A stretch of 63,914 bases of DNA, filler included, from 4 parts of 4 records of this genome joined end to end with filler, not necessarily neighbours in it, one strand, 5' to 3'; positions 1 to 8,997 are shown, counted from the first letter of the whole stretch. Numbers and translations: made by a program. Notes: generated by a model from the sequence alone, not told the origin.

Positions 1-1
1 A

Positions 2-595
2 TACAGCCAAACACAAAATGGCGCGTACGCCCTTATTTTAAATGAAGAGGAGGGAGACCGTAAACTTCCCATTGTTATAGGCGCATTTGAAGCACAGTCC
101 ATTGCCATTGCTTTGGAAAAAGAGATAAAACCGCCCAGACCTTTGACCCACGACCTGTTCAAGAATTTTGCGGACAGGTTCAAAATCGTGGTCAAGCAGG
201 TGATCATCCATAAACTGGTGGACGGCGTTTTCTATTCCAGCATTATCTGTGAGCGCGATAACGATGAGGAAATCATCGATGCCCGCACCAGTGATGCGAT
301 TGCACTTGCACTGCGGTTTAACGCCCCCATTTTTACGTACAAGACCATTTTGGACAAAGCCGGTATTTTCCTAAAATTTTCTTCCAAAGAGAAAGAAGAG
401 GACGAGGACGACAGCATTATGGTCGATGAAATCCTTCAAGAAGGAGAGGCCGTGGAGCTGGAATCGGGTTCCGATACCCACGGATACAGAGAAATGTCCC
501 TACAAGAACTTCATAAAGAATTGGACAATGCAGTGGCCAGCGAAGACTACGAAAAGGCCGTAAAATTGAGGGATGAAATTTCCAAGCGCAAATAA
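2..595 (+). CDS. Bifunctional nuclease family (DUF151) protein with C-terminal UvrB/UvrC motif, 5'-truncated
   Basis: Frame is open from position 2 (YSQTQNGAYALILNEEEGDRKLPIVIGAFEAQSIA). Motifs RPLTHDL and DARTSDAIALALR are present, plus C-terminal AVASEDYEKAVKLRDEI. Confidence 0.9.
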   Translation, partial: YSQTQNGAYALILNEEEGDRKLPIVIGAFEAQSIAIALEKEIKPPRPLTHDLFKNFADRFKIVVKQVIIHKLVDGVFYSSIICERDNDEEIIDARTSDAIALALRFNAPIFTYKTILDKAGIFLKFSSKEKEEDEDDSIMVDEILQEGEAVELESGSDTHGYREMSLQELHKELDNAVASEDYEKAVKLRDEISKRK

Positions 596-608
596 ACGAC
601 CAACATAC

Positions 609-2069
609 ATGGCGAAAAAGACCCAAAGTTTACTGATACTTTTACTCCTTTGTTCGGTCGCTTTCGGCCAAAATTCATTGCCCGCAGATTCCCTTAATGT
701 AGCCATTGGCTCCACCATTACGGAGAACATTGCCGTACAGCAAACCGCTGAAATTATTCCCAATCAAGGTTTTACCATCACCACATTGCTTCGTGGAGCA
801 CTGGGAATGGCCGTACTTATATTGATATCATTTTTGTTCAGTTCCAATAGAAAAGCTATCAACTGGAAAACCGTCGGAATAGGACTTTCCCTGCAAGTGT
901 TGATAGCCATTGGCGTACTCAAAGTCCCCTTTGTACAATATATTTTTGAACAGGTCGGAAGCATTTTTGTCAGCATCTTGGACTTTACCCGTGCCGGAAG
1001 CCAGTTCCTGTTCGAAGGGTTGGTGGTGGACATGGACACTTTTGGGTACATATTTGCCTTCCAAGTATTGCCCACCATTATATTTTTCTCGGCTTTGACT
1101 TCGGTCTTATATTATTTGGGAGTGATTCAGGTGGTGGTAAAATGGATGGCATGGTTACTGTCTAAAAGTTTGGGCATCTCGGGAGCGGAAAGCCTTTCCG
1201 TAGCGGGCAACATATTTTTGGGACAGACCGAGGCACCTTTGCTCATCAAGGCCTATTTGGAAAAAATGAACAAATCCGAAATCCTTCTGGTGATGATCGG
1301 CGGCATGGCCACGGTTGCGGGAGCTGTTCTTGCGGCCTATATAGGATTTTTGGGCGGTGACGACCCCGAACTTCGTTTGGTATTTGCCAAGCACCTTTTG
1401 GCAGCATCCGTAATGGCCGCACCGGGTGCCATTGTTATTTCAAAAATATTGTATCCACAGACCGAGAAGGTCAACACAGATGTAGAGGTGTCTTCCGAAA
1501 AAATCGGTGCCAATATTCTGGATGCCATTGCCAATGGAACCACCGAAGGTCTTAAACTCGCTTTGAACGTTGGGGCCATGTTGTTGGTTTTTGTGGCCTT
1601 TATTGCCATGATCAACGGAATCTTGGGCTGGGTCGGAGATCTTACCACTTTCAATAATTGGATAGCCGCCAACTCCCCGTACACCGAATTTTCCTTGGAA
1701 GCCATTCTAGGAACCATATTCGCCCCGCTTATGTGGTTGATAGGTGTTGCCAATGAAGACATTATGCTCATGGGACAGCTGCTCGGCATTAAATTGGCCG
1801 CAAGCGAATTTGTAGGGTATATTCAATTGGCTGACCTTAAGAATGTAGCAAGCGGTGTGCATTTTACTTACAATAAATCCGTGATTATGGCCACGTACAT
1901 GCTCTGTGGTTTTGCCAACTTCGCTTCCATCGGTATTCAGATTGGTGGTATAGGGTCATTGGCGCCCGGTCAACGTAAAGTACTTTCCTCTTTTGGAATG
2001 AAGGCCGTTTTGGGCGGGTCATTGGCATCACTGCTGTCGGCTACCATTGCTGGGATGATTTTAGGGTAA
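609..2069 (+). CDS. Concentrative nucleoside transporter (NupC/CNT family)
   Basis: Motifs FAFQVLPTIIFFSAL, NIFLGQTEAPL and LCGFANFASIGIQIGG. Start moved to the ATG at 609 (MAKKTQ), after the upstream stop. Confidence 0.95.
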   Translation: MAKKTQSLLILLLLCSVAFGQNSLPADSLNVAIGSTITENIAVQQTAEIIPNQGFTITTLLRGALGMAVLILISFLFSSNRKAINWKTVGIGLSLQVLIAIGVLKVPFVQYIFEQVGSIFVSILDFTRAGSQFLFEGLVVDMDTFGYIFAFQVLPTIIFFSALTSVLYYLGVIQVVVKWMAWLLSKSLGISGAESLSVAGNIFLGQTEAPLLIKAYLEKMNKSEILLVMIGGMATVAGAVLAAYIGFLGGDDPELRLVFAKHLLAASVMAAPGAIVISKILYPQTEKVNTDVEVSSEKIGANILDAIANGTTEGLKLALNVGAMLLVFVAFIAMINGILGWVGDLTTFNNWIAANSPYTEFSLEAILGTIFAPLMWLIGVANEDIMLMGQLLGIKLAASEFVGYIQLADLKNVASGVHFTYNKSVIMATYMLCGFANFASIGIQIGGIGSLAPGQRKVLSSFGMKAVLGGSLASLLSATIAGMILG

Positions 2070-2159
2070 CACTTCAACGTTAATAAAGTTTTTATAAGTC
2101 TTTCCATTTTCTATTTCAAAAATTTGATTATTGAAGTAATTTCGATGGATTGATTTTTC

Positions 2160-2221
2160 GTCATATCGAGCGCAGTCGAGATATTCTTGGATTTCTCCTC
2201 ATTTGATTCGTTCGAAATAAC
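2160..2221. repeat. Degenerate REP/REPIN-like intergenic inverted repeat
   Basis: GTCATATCGAGCGCAGTCGAGATAT ... TCGAAATAAC. The outer arms GTCATATCGA and TCGAAATAAC are imperfectly complementary and resemble Bacteroidetes intergenic repeats. Confidence 0.5.
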
Positions 2222-2242
2222 ATTAGTAACGGAACAGGCAGT

Positions 2243-3067
2243 ATGAAACAGTACCACGACCTTCTAAAACACGTATTGGAGCACGGAAACCAAAAAGGGG
2301 ACCGTACAGGAACAGGAACCTTGAGCGTTTTTGGCTATCAGATGCGGTTCGACCTCTCCGAGGGCTTTCCCATGGTGACCACTAAAAAATTGCACCTCAA
2401 ATCCATTGTCCACGAGTTGTTGTGGTTTTTAAAAGGGGACACCAATGTAGCCTATCTGCAAGAGAACGGCGTGCGTATCTGGAACGAGTGGGCCGATGAA
2501 AACGGCGACCTAGGTCCTGTCTACGGGCACCAGTGGCGCAATTGGAACAGCGAGGAAATCGACCAGATCAAGGAAGTGGTAGAGACTTTGAAAAACAATC
2601 CCAATAGCCGCAGGATGCTGGTTTCCGCTTGGAATCCCAGTGTAATGCCGGACACTTCGGTGTCTTTTTCGGAAAATGTGGCCAACGGTAAGGCCGCCCT
2701 CCCACCCTGCCATGCTTTTTTCCAGTTTTATGTGGCGGATGGTAAACTCTCTTGCCAATTGTACCAACGTAGTGCGGACATTTTTTTAGGGGTACCTTTT
2801 AACATTGCGTCTTACGCCCTGTTTACTATGATGATGGCACAAGTTTGTGGCTACCAACCTGGCGATTTTATACACACCTTTGGTGATGCCCATATTTATA
2901 ACAACCACATGGAGCAGGTGGAACTGCAATTGAGCCGTGACCCGCGCCCCTTGCCCACCATGAAACTAAACCCCGAAGTAAAGGATATTTTTGACTTTAG
3001 CTTTGATGATTTTGAGCTCTTGAATTATGACCCACATCCGCATATTAAGGGCGTGGTCGCGGTGTAA
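2243..3067 (+). CDS. thyA: Thymidylate synthase
   Basis: [18 protein letters not shown], catalytic [23 protein letters not shown]. Confidence 0.98.
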   Translation: MKQYHDLLKHVLEHGNQKGDRTGTGTLSVFGYQMRFDLSEGFPMVTTKKLHLKSIVHELLWFLKGDTNVAYLQENGVRIWNEWADENGDLGPVYGHQWRNWNSEEIDQIKEVVETLKNNPNSRRMLVSAWNPSVMPDTSVSFSENVANGKAALPPCHAFFQFYVADGKLSCQLYQRSADIFLGVPFNIASYALFTMMMAQVCGYQPGDFIHTFGDAHIYNNHMEQVELQLSRDPRPLPTMKLNPEVKDIFDFSFDDFELLNYDPHPHIKGVVAV

Positions 3068-3109
3068 AATTTATATTTTAACGACTTTGAATTACTTATC
3101 AACAAAACA

Positions 3110-3232
3110 ATGATGGCAAAGAAGAAACCTGTAAAACCCAAAGTTACCGCTCGCCCAAAAACTACTTCTAGTTTAGTAGCACTTAAAGAACAAAAAGGAG
3201 TAGACAAAAAGAAAAACAAGAATAAAGGTTAA
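3110..3232 (+). CDS. Putative 40-aa Lys-rich micro-protein (MMAKKKPVKPKVTARPKTTSSLVALKEQKGVDKKKNKNKG)
   Basis: Read by hand; below the ORF-track cutoff. ATG follows an A-rich leader typical of Bacteroidetes. Overlaps the 3' end of the convergent membrane-protein gene by 60 nt. Confidence 0.45.
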   Translation: MMAKKKPVKPKVTARPKTTSSLVALKEQKGVDKKKNKNKG

Positions 3233-3673
3233 CAATATTCTAAAAGACCAAATATATCTAGTTGACATTTTTGAGACTAAAACCTTATTAAGTTCTATTG
3301 ATTTCTGATAACTTTCTATTTGGACCACAAGTAATTCTTTTTCTAATTCTTGATCTTTGAAGTAGTCAAAATAAGACACCAAAACATCGGAAGGACTGGA
3401 ACCTTTAATTTCAATTACCGTTGGCGATATATTCTTCAGCAAGAATAATGCTGAAAGTACGCATCCGGTTAAAAGAATCAAATAAACATATTTTGAGTCC
3501 ACAATTTCCAAGTATGAAAAGGAAGCTATCGACATGTAAAAACCAAATAGGAAAAATGAACGATTTGAATTTGACCTTACCGCATCAATTACATCGGTAA
3601 GATGTTTGTCTGCTTCACTAAAAATAAAGCTTAATGACTCTTTGGTATGATGCTCTGCTTTTATATGCTCCAT
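3173..3673 (-). CDS. Hypothetical membrane protein, about 3 TM helices
   Basis: 166 aa from MEHIKAEHH. Two adjacent hydrophobic segments, a soluble helical region and a C-terminal hydrophobic segment. More AT-rich than the flanking core genes. Confidence 0.7.
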   Translation of the reverse strand: MEHIKAEHHTKESLSFIFSEADKHLTDVIDAVRSNSNRSFFLFGFYMSIASFSYLEIVDSKYVYLILLTGCVLSALFLLKNISPTVIEIKGSSPSDVLVSYFDYFKDQELEKELLVVQIESYQKSIELNKVLVSKMSTRYIWSFRILLTFILVFLFVYSFLFFKCY

Positions 3674-3736
3674 ATTTGTAAATTTAGATAATTGTATTAG
3701 TAAAATCATAAATTCTTACGAAACTCATTATCCCCA

Positions 3737-3808
3737 GCTAGCGCGATACTCTTGGCTCGTGAATACTAAACTTTACAATAATGGAACGAGCGTGACGCTC
3801 GCACCAGC
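3737..3808. repeat. REP-doublet (REPIN-like) element
   Basis: GCTAGCGCGA...GCTCGTG (3737-3761) is an imperfect inverted copy of AACGAGCGTGACGCTCGCACCAGC (3785-3808). The latter contains the perfect hairpin CGAGCG-TGA-CGCTCG. Confidence 0.6.
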
Positions 3809-3810
3809 CA

Positions 3811-4014
3811 TCATTTTCTTAGCTCCAAAGTTATCTTTCTTAAAGCGGTTACCACATTTCGCATATCCTCTTTGGAAAAGGCACCCTCCTCCACATAAAA
3901 AAGCATTTCAATGCCCATGTCCAAAACCTCGGCCAGTTCCGCAGGAGAGACGTATGCATCTTCAAACAATTCAGAAAAAAATATAACAGTAGTATTTTTA
4001 TCAAAATTCTTCAT
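3811..4014 (-). CDS. Small acidic hypothetical protein (67 aa)
   Basis: ORF MKNFDKNTT...LELRK with helical, protein-like composition, divergent from the XRE gene. Confidence 0.6.
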   Translation of the reverse strand: MKNFDKNTTVIFFSELFEDAYVSPAELAEVLDMGIEMLFYVEEGAFSKEDMRNVVTALRKITLELRK

Positions 4015-4015
4015 T

Positions 4016-4077
4016 GTCACAAGAAAATATGACCCTAAAGTAGTTGATAATTTTAACTTGTCATAATATATTATGAC
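4016..4077. promoter_or_regulatory. Two GTCA-N10-TGAC operator-like boxes
   Basis: GTCACAAGAAAATATGAC (4016-4033) and the perfect 18-bp palindrome GTCATAATATATTATGAC (4060-4077) lie between the divergent genes. Confidence 0.7.
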
Positions 4078-4125
4078 GTTTCTTCTGTTTTATCTGGTCA
4101 ATTTTGTTTTGTTAGGACGCATTCA

Positions 4126-4344
4126 ATGTTGACAAAGCAGGAATTATCAATAAAAATCGGGAATCGAATCAAACAGCTCAGAAAGGACAAAAACATTTCT
4201 CAAGCTGAGTTGGGAAGATTATGCGGTCGCGACAAACAACATATCGAACTCATCGAAAACCACAAAGTTTCAGCAAACACCTATACGCTTTACACTATTG
4301 CAAATGCACTTGAAATTGATTTTGTCGAATTGTTCAAGTTTTGA
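4126..4344 (+). CDS. XRE/Cro-C1 family HTH transcriptional regulator
   Basis: IGNRIKQLRKDKNISQAELGRLCG...IELIEN...IANALEI, an HTH_3 pattern; 72 aa. Confidence 0.9.
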   Translation: MLTKQELSIKIGNRIKQLRKDKNISQAELGRLCGRDKQHIELIENHKVSANTYTLYTIANALEIDFVELFKF

Positions 4345-4453
4345 TTTAAAATATCAAACCCACCAGAGCGAACTTAAGGTATAGCACCAAGTACAACAAA
4401 GGTGTCACAAACGGAACTGGCAACACCGCACCCACATAATCCATTGAAAATCG

Positions 4454-4461
4454 TATCTTTG
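4454..4461 (+). promoter_or_regulatory. Bacteroidetes -7 promoter box (TAnnTTTG) for the TA operon
   Basis: TATCTTTG ends 17 nt before the antitoxin ATG. Confidence 0.55.
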
Positions 4462-4478
4462 AGTTAAACGATAATGTC

Positions 4479-4697
4479 ATGGATTTAAAAGCATCCAAAT
4501 TAGAATTAATACAGGCCATTTTAAAGGTGGACAATGCCAGCATCATCGAGAAAATGGCAAACATTCTCCGAAAAGAACAAGGGGATTTTTGGAACGAACT
4601 ATCCCCTGAACAGCAACAAGAGATAAAAAAGGGGTTGGCGGAACTTGATCAAGGGAAAAGAGTTTCTTATGATTCGTTTGTTAAGAAAATTTCTTGA
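4479..4697 (+). CDS. Putative antitoxin (addiction-module component)
   Basis: 72 aa with DFWNELSPEQQQEIKKGLAELDQGK. Its stop overlaps the toxin start (TGATG). Confidence 0.8.
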   Translation: MDLKASKLELIQAILKVDNASIIEKMANILRKEQGDFWNELSPEQQQEIKKGLAELDQGKRVSYDSFVKKIS

Positions 4698-5005
4698 TGA
4701 AGGTATTTTTATCCAAGCTTGCTGAATCAAAACTACTACAACTAAACGATTATCTGTTAGAAAACTGTGGAGTAAAAGCAAGAGACCAGTTCTTCGAAAA
4801 GTTCGATAAAAAGATGTCGCAAATCGCCTCTCAACCTAATAGCTGCCCACAATCCACTGAAATGATGGGAATCTATAAATGCGTTGTCACAAAACAGTCA
4901 ACATGCTTCTATCGCATCTTGCCAGAAACCGATGAAATCGAAATTGTGACAGTATTTGATACCAGACAACATCCAAACACCTTAAAAACTGATTTAAACC
5001 TATAA
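4697..5005 (+). CDS. Type II toxin, RelE/ParE family
   Basis: MKVFLSKLAESKL...IASQPNSCP...FYRI...IEIVTVFDTRQHP, a ParE-like pattern; coupled to the upstream antitoxin. Confidence 0.85.
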   Translation: MKVFLSKLAESKLLQLNDYLLENCGVKARDQFFEKFDKKMSQIASQPNSCPQSTEMMGIYKCVVTKQSTCFYRILPETDEIEIVTVFDTRQHPNTLKTDLNL

Positions 5006-5009
5006 CCAC

Positions 5010-5435
5010 ATGAAACCCATCATCACCCTATTTGCCGCACTGTTATTTGCCAGTTGTGGCGAAGAACCCAAAAAAGAAACCACCGAAAAAGAGGAAGAAG
5101 AAACTGTAAAAGCAACAGAAGAAGTGAAAGGTCCGAAATTACGCCACGTGGTATTGTTCAAATTTAAAGACACTTCCTCCGAGGAGGAGGTTAAACAAGT
5201 GGAAGATGCCTTTAACGCATTGCCCTCCAAAATTTCGGAAATTAAAGGCTACGAATGGGGCACCAACAACAGCCCGGAGAACTTGAACAAAGGACTTACG
5301 CACTGTTACTTTTTGACCTTTGATAGCGAAGCCGACCGAGACACTTACCTTACCCATCCCGATCACCTGGCCTTTGGCGACATTGTAGGCCCGCATATTG
5401 CCGATGTAACGGTTGTGGATTACTGGACAAAGTGA
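5010..5435 (+). CDS. Dabb (stress-responsive alpha/beta barrel) family lipoprotein
   Basis: Lipobox LFASC; motifs LRHVVLFKFK, WGTNNSPE, GLTHCYFLTF and YLTHPDH. Confidence 0.9.
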   Translation: MKPIITLFAALLFASCGEEPKKETTEKEEEETVKATEEVKGPKLRHVVLFKFKDTSSEEEVKQVEDAFNALPSKISEIKGYEWGTNNSPENLNKGLTHCYFLTFDSEADRDTYLTHPDHLAFGDIVGPHIADVTVVDYWTK

Positions 5436-5513
5436 TTTTTTTGGAAGGTCAAGCTGTACTCGCCACCTACGGGGAATAGAAGTTTTCGAGAATCGGTTTT
5501 GTTGGATTCGACT

Positions 5514-5579
5514 CCAGTTCCCGATACAATTTTCTTTGGTTTCGACTTCGCTCAACCACCCAAAATCACTCGGACTGAC
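5514..5579. repeat. Composite REP-like element
   Basis: GTTCCCGATACAATTTTC...AAAATCACTCGGACTGAC with GGTTTCGACTTCGCTCAACCACC (5538-5560) inside it. The inner unit is related to the reverse complement of the core at 2160-2184. Confidence 0.5.
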
Positions 5580-5662
5580 GAATCCAATTCACAAAGTTTT
5601 ACGGCCAAGTTATGGAAAACCCACCATCAGTTTTGGGGCCAACTGATGGCGTGTCCCACATT

Positions 5663-5959
5663 TTATACTTCCAAAACGGCATTTTCGGTGCCTGCGTAAT
5701 CGTTCCATTGGTAACGATCGGCCTCACCATCGTTGGTATAATTGCCGTCTATCAAATATCTAAACTCGTAGCTGTTCTCCACAGGTAGTTCAAACGTTCC
5801 CTTAAAGGTTCCGTTCTTTAATTTCTTTAAGCCGCTCTTTTTGGGATTCCATTTATTGAAATCGCCAACTACTGCAACGGTCTCTGCCTCATCTGCAGGA
5901 ACCGTAAAAGTTACTTTGCAAACAGGCTTGCTCTTCAGGTATTGTTTTTTAATTGCCAT
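5663..5959 (-). CDS. Isoamylase early-set / CBM48-like glycogen-binding domain protein
   Basis: MAIKKQYLKSKPVCKVTF, VAVVGDFNKWN, YEFRYLIDG. Confidence 0.9.
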   Translation of the reverse strand: MAIKKQYLKSKPVCKVTFTVPADEAETVAVVGDFNKWNPKKSGLKKLKNGTFKGTFELPVENSYEFRYLIDGNYTNDGEADRYQWNDYAGTENAVLEV

Positions 5960-6100
5960 GGTACCGAAAATTTTAATTTCAGTACAAAACAATACATAAA
6001 ACCGTTTATTTACAATTAGTTAGAACCGATTTATCAATTTGATAAAATCCACCTAACCGCAATCTTACTTTTAGCAAATTAAATCGACGTTTTTTACCAA

Positions 6101-7195
6101 TTATGATTTTGATGCCCAGCGTTTTAGAAGTGTTGAGATAACATCTATTTCCTCCTCGGTATTATAAAAATGAAAGCTCAAACGGATGCCTCCCCCACGT
6201 GGCGAGGCCACTATGTTTTCTTCGGTGAGTTTATTGAAGAGATTCTCGTCGCCCTTAATGTTGAATATGGTGCTGTGCCGCTTTCTTTTGATAACGGCAG
6301 GCTCTAGCAGATCAAGCTCCGAAAATGCTTTCATAGCTTTTTTTGACAACTTTTGCAATTGCGCCTGCACATTCTCTGGACCTATTTCGTCCAAAAATTT
6401 CACGGCAAACTCCAAGCTCCCAAAATTGAGGGAATCCAAATGGCCAGGCTCCAAGAACTTGCAAAAAGTAATGCTGTCCCGTTTGGAAGCATCGTTGTTT
6501 ACGGAACCATTACCGATACCCCTAAGCTCAAACTGCTCCATCACGGCGTCTTTTACCAAGAAAAAGCCGTTTCCGTATCCTGCCAACATCCATTTGTAGG
6601 CACTGGCTCCCAAAATATCGATACCGGATGCTTCAAAATCGAACGGCTCGGTACCACAATATTGTGTGCCATCGGCAAGAATCATCAGGTCGGGAAATTC
6701 CTTTTTCAAATCTTTCAGAAAATCAAAATCAATGCGGACCCCATCTACCCATTGCACCAAACTGAGTGCTAGTATATCAACATCTCCCTTTTTTACCTTG
6801 GCATGGATGTTCTCCTCCATATGCTCATCGGCATCCACATGGTCAAGTTCAAACCCTCTGGTCTCGAACGGCCAGTTGACACTTGGGTAATCCTTGTTGA
6901 CCAACAGCACTTTTTTATCCTTGGGCAATCCTTCCAACAACAAGTTAAACCCCAAACTGAAATTGGGTACCAAGGCCACATTATCGGGCTTGCAGTTAAA
7001 AAACTTCCCAACCGTCTTCTTTATTTCGGGCATATGGGCAAAGCCCTTGTTCTTCATTTGGCTACCACCAATTAGGTAATCTAAGTCGTGCCCTTGTCTC
7101 CATTCCATCAAATCTTCGCTTAACAGTCCTGCAGAAGCGGTATTGGCATAAACATAATGGTTAAGCACGGGGAATTTTTTTCTTAGGGTTTGCAT
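6101..7195 (-). CDS. Class V PLP-dependent aminotransferase (cysteine desulfurase-like fold)
   Basis: YANTASAG, ADGTQYCG, PLP-lysine motif SAYKWMLAGYG, IRLSFHFYNT. Confidence 0.9.
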   Translation of the reverse strand: MQTLRKKFPVLNHYVYANTASAGLLSEDLMEWRQGHDLDYLIGGSQMKNKGFAHMPEIKKTVGKFFNCKPDNVALVPNFSLGFNLLLEGLPKDKKVLLVNKDYPSVNWPFETRGFELDHVDADEHMEENIHAKVKKGDVDILALSLVQWVDGVRIDFDFLKDLKKEFPDLMILADGTQYCGTEPFDFEASGIDILGASAYKWMLAGYGNGFFLVKDAVMEQFELRGIGNGSVNNDASKRDSITFCKFLEPGHLDSLNFGSLEFAVKFLDEIGPENVQAQLQKLSKKAMKAFSELDLLEPAVIKRKRHSTIFNIKGDENLFNKLTEENIVASPRGGGIRLSFHFYNTEEEIDVISTLLKRWASKS

Positions 7196-7249
7196 ATCGG
7201 GATTTTTGGATACAATTCAATTATCTTTGTTGATAAAGATAGCCATTCC

Positions 7250-7642
7250 ATGTTGTCATTCGGTAAAAAGAACAAGTCAGAAATAGATTTGGAGCAGCAC
7301 GAACTTTTGGAGAATGCCCATAAGCGCATCAAACAAAAGAAGCGACTGTTCTCCCACTTCGTAATTTTCTTGGTCGGAAGTATTTTTTTGATTCTTGCCA
7401 ACAAAGTACTCAAGTACGGAGAGACTTACGATTGGTCCATTTGGATCGTACTGGCTTGGGCCCTTTTCTTGGTCCTGCATGTTTTCAATGTTTTTGTTAC
7501 GCATAAATTTATGGGGCAAGATTGGGAGCGCCAGCAACGCGAGCGATTGGTAAACCTTCAAAAAAAACGTATTGGCGAGATCCAAAAGGAAATAGAAACC
7601 GACTTTCCCCTTTCCAAAATCAATAAAAAAAAAGATCAATGA
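7250..7642 (+). CDS. 2TM domain-containing protein
   Basis: AHKRIKQKKRLFSHF followed by two TM helices and MGQDWE. A TATCTTTG -7 box lies at 7222-7229. Overlaps the folA start (ATGA). Confidence 0.85.
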   Translation: MLSFGKKNKSEIDLEQHELLENAHKRIKQKKRLFSHFVIFLVGSIFLILANKVLKYGETYDWSIWIVLAWALFLVLHVFNVFVTHKFMGQDWERQQRERLVNLQKKRIGEIQKEIETDFPLSKINKKKDQ

Positions 7643-8130
7643 GAAAATTGATCATTATTGCGGCCGCGGCCGAAAACAATGCCCTTGGCAAGGACAACGA
7701 TTTGGTATGGCATTTACCGGATGATTTTAAACGGTTTAAAAGTCTTACCTCAGGCCACAAAATCATAATGGGAAGAAAAACTTTGGAGAGTTTTCCAAAA
7801 CCCTTGCCCAACCGCACCCACATTGCCATTACAAGGGACGAGAATTACGTCCCGAAATTTCCCTGCACTATTGTGCACTCATTGGCGGATGCGATTGCGC
7901 TGGTAGAGGACAACGAAACTGCCTTTATCATTGGGGGAGGTGAAATTTACAAACAGTCCATGGACCGTGCCACCCATATCGAATTGACAAGGGTGCACGG
8001 TACTTTTGAGGCGGATGCCTTTTTTCCAGAGATTGATGAAGAGCAATGGGAGCTAGTAAAAGAGGAACACCATCCAAAAGATGATAGGCACGAATATGCT
8101 TTTACCTACCTCACTTACAAAAGAAAATAG
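7639..8130 (+). CDS. folA: Dihydrofolate reductase
   Basis: AAAENNALGKDNDLVWHLPDD, IIMGRKT, PLPNR, FIIGGGEIY. Confidence 0.97.
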   Translation: MRKLIIIAAAAENNALGKDNDLVWHLPDDFKRFKSLTSGHKIIMGRKTLESFPKPLPNRTHIAITRDENYVPKFPCTIVHSLADAIALVEDNETAFIIGGGEIYKQSMDRATHIELTRVHGTFEADAFFPEIDEEQWELVKEEHHPKDDRHEYAFTYLTYKRK

Positions 8131-8133
8131 GGT

Positions 8134-8913
8134 TTAAAAATCCTTAGAGGATACCTGAGCAGTCGGGTCATTGACCAAATCTTTCAAAACTTTCACATCT
8201 GCATTGGTGTAAAAAAGATGTTCAGGATTATCATTGACCTTGGTTAGCAAGTTATTCTGTTCCAAAACGGTCTTGGTCTGACGGGCCACGGCTTCGCCAG
8301 AATCTATAATATTGACATTGCTCGGCAATATTTCCTTCAAAACTGGAATAAGATAGGGATAATGGGTGCATCCGAGCACCAAACAATCTATATTCTCTTT
8401 GAGCATGGGATTCAGGAAAGTCGCCAATAGGCTTCTCATCTCCGGGGAATCAATCTCCCCTGCTTCTATCAGCTCTACCAAACCCTTCCCCTCTTGCTCC
8501 AAGACAGTAATCCCCTCGGCAAAGAGTTTGGACGTATTGTGGAACAAACTACTGGAGAGCGTTCCCTTGGTGGCCAATACCCCAACTTTTTTGGTTTTGG
8601 TCTGGAGGGCCGCCGGTTTAATTGCCGGCTCTATTCCTATAAACGGCACGTTGTAACGTGAACGGAGATGATCTATGGCGTTTGTTGTGGCGGTGTTACA
8701 GGCCACTACAATAATTTTACAGCCCGAACTGAGCAAATACTCCGTATTTTTAATACTGAGCCTTAAAATCTCTTCTTTTGACTTTTCTCCATAAGGGGCA
8801 TTGGTACTATCCGCCAAATAAATGGTGTTTTCATTAGGGAGCATTTTGGCCACCTCTTTCCAAATGGAGGTGCCCCCCACTCCTGAGTCAAAAATTCCTA
8901 TTGGTTTTGGCAT
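8134..8913 (-). CDS. murI: Glutamate racemase
   Basis: FDSGVGG, VVACNTAT, LGCTHYP. Confidence 0.97.
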   Translation of the reverse strand: MPKPIGIFDSGVGGTSIWKEVAKMLPNENTIYLADSTNAPYGEKSKEEILRLSIKNTEYLLSSGCKIIVVACNTATTNAIDHLRSRYNVPFIGIEPAIKPAALQTKTKKVGVLATKGTLSSSLFHNTSKLFAEGITVLEQEGKGLVELIEAGEIDSPEMRSLLATFLNPMLKENIDCLVLGCTHYPYLIPVLKEILPSNVNIIDSGEAVARQTKTVLEQNNLLTKVNDNPEHLFYTNADVKVLKDLVNDPTAQVSSKDF

Positions 8914-8946
8914 GCTTAAAAATAGTGGCTTAAATTTTTATGGCAT

Positions 8947-8972
8947 AAAAAAACCGCTTTAAAAAAAGCGGT
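8947..8972 (-). terminator. Intrinsic terminator after skp
   Basis: Hairpin ACCGCTTT-AAAA-AAAGCGGT with an adjacent A-run that gives a U-tract on the minus strand. Confidence 0.7.
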
Positions 8973-8997
8973 CTACTATTTTATTTGAAGGTAAGGT

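Noticed and set aside
4346-4447. Possible gene remnant between XRE and the antitoxin (…ELKV*HQVQQRCHKRNWQHRTHIIH*)
   Set aside because: Looks vaguely coding, but I cannot assign it to a family without a search.
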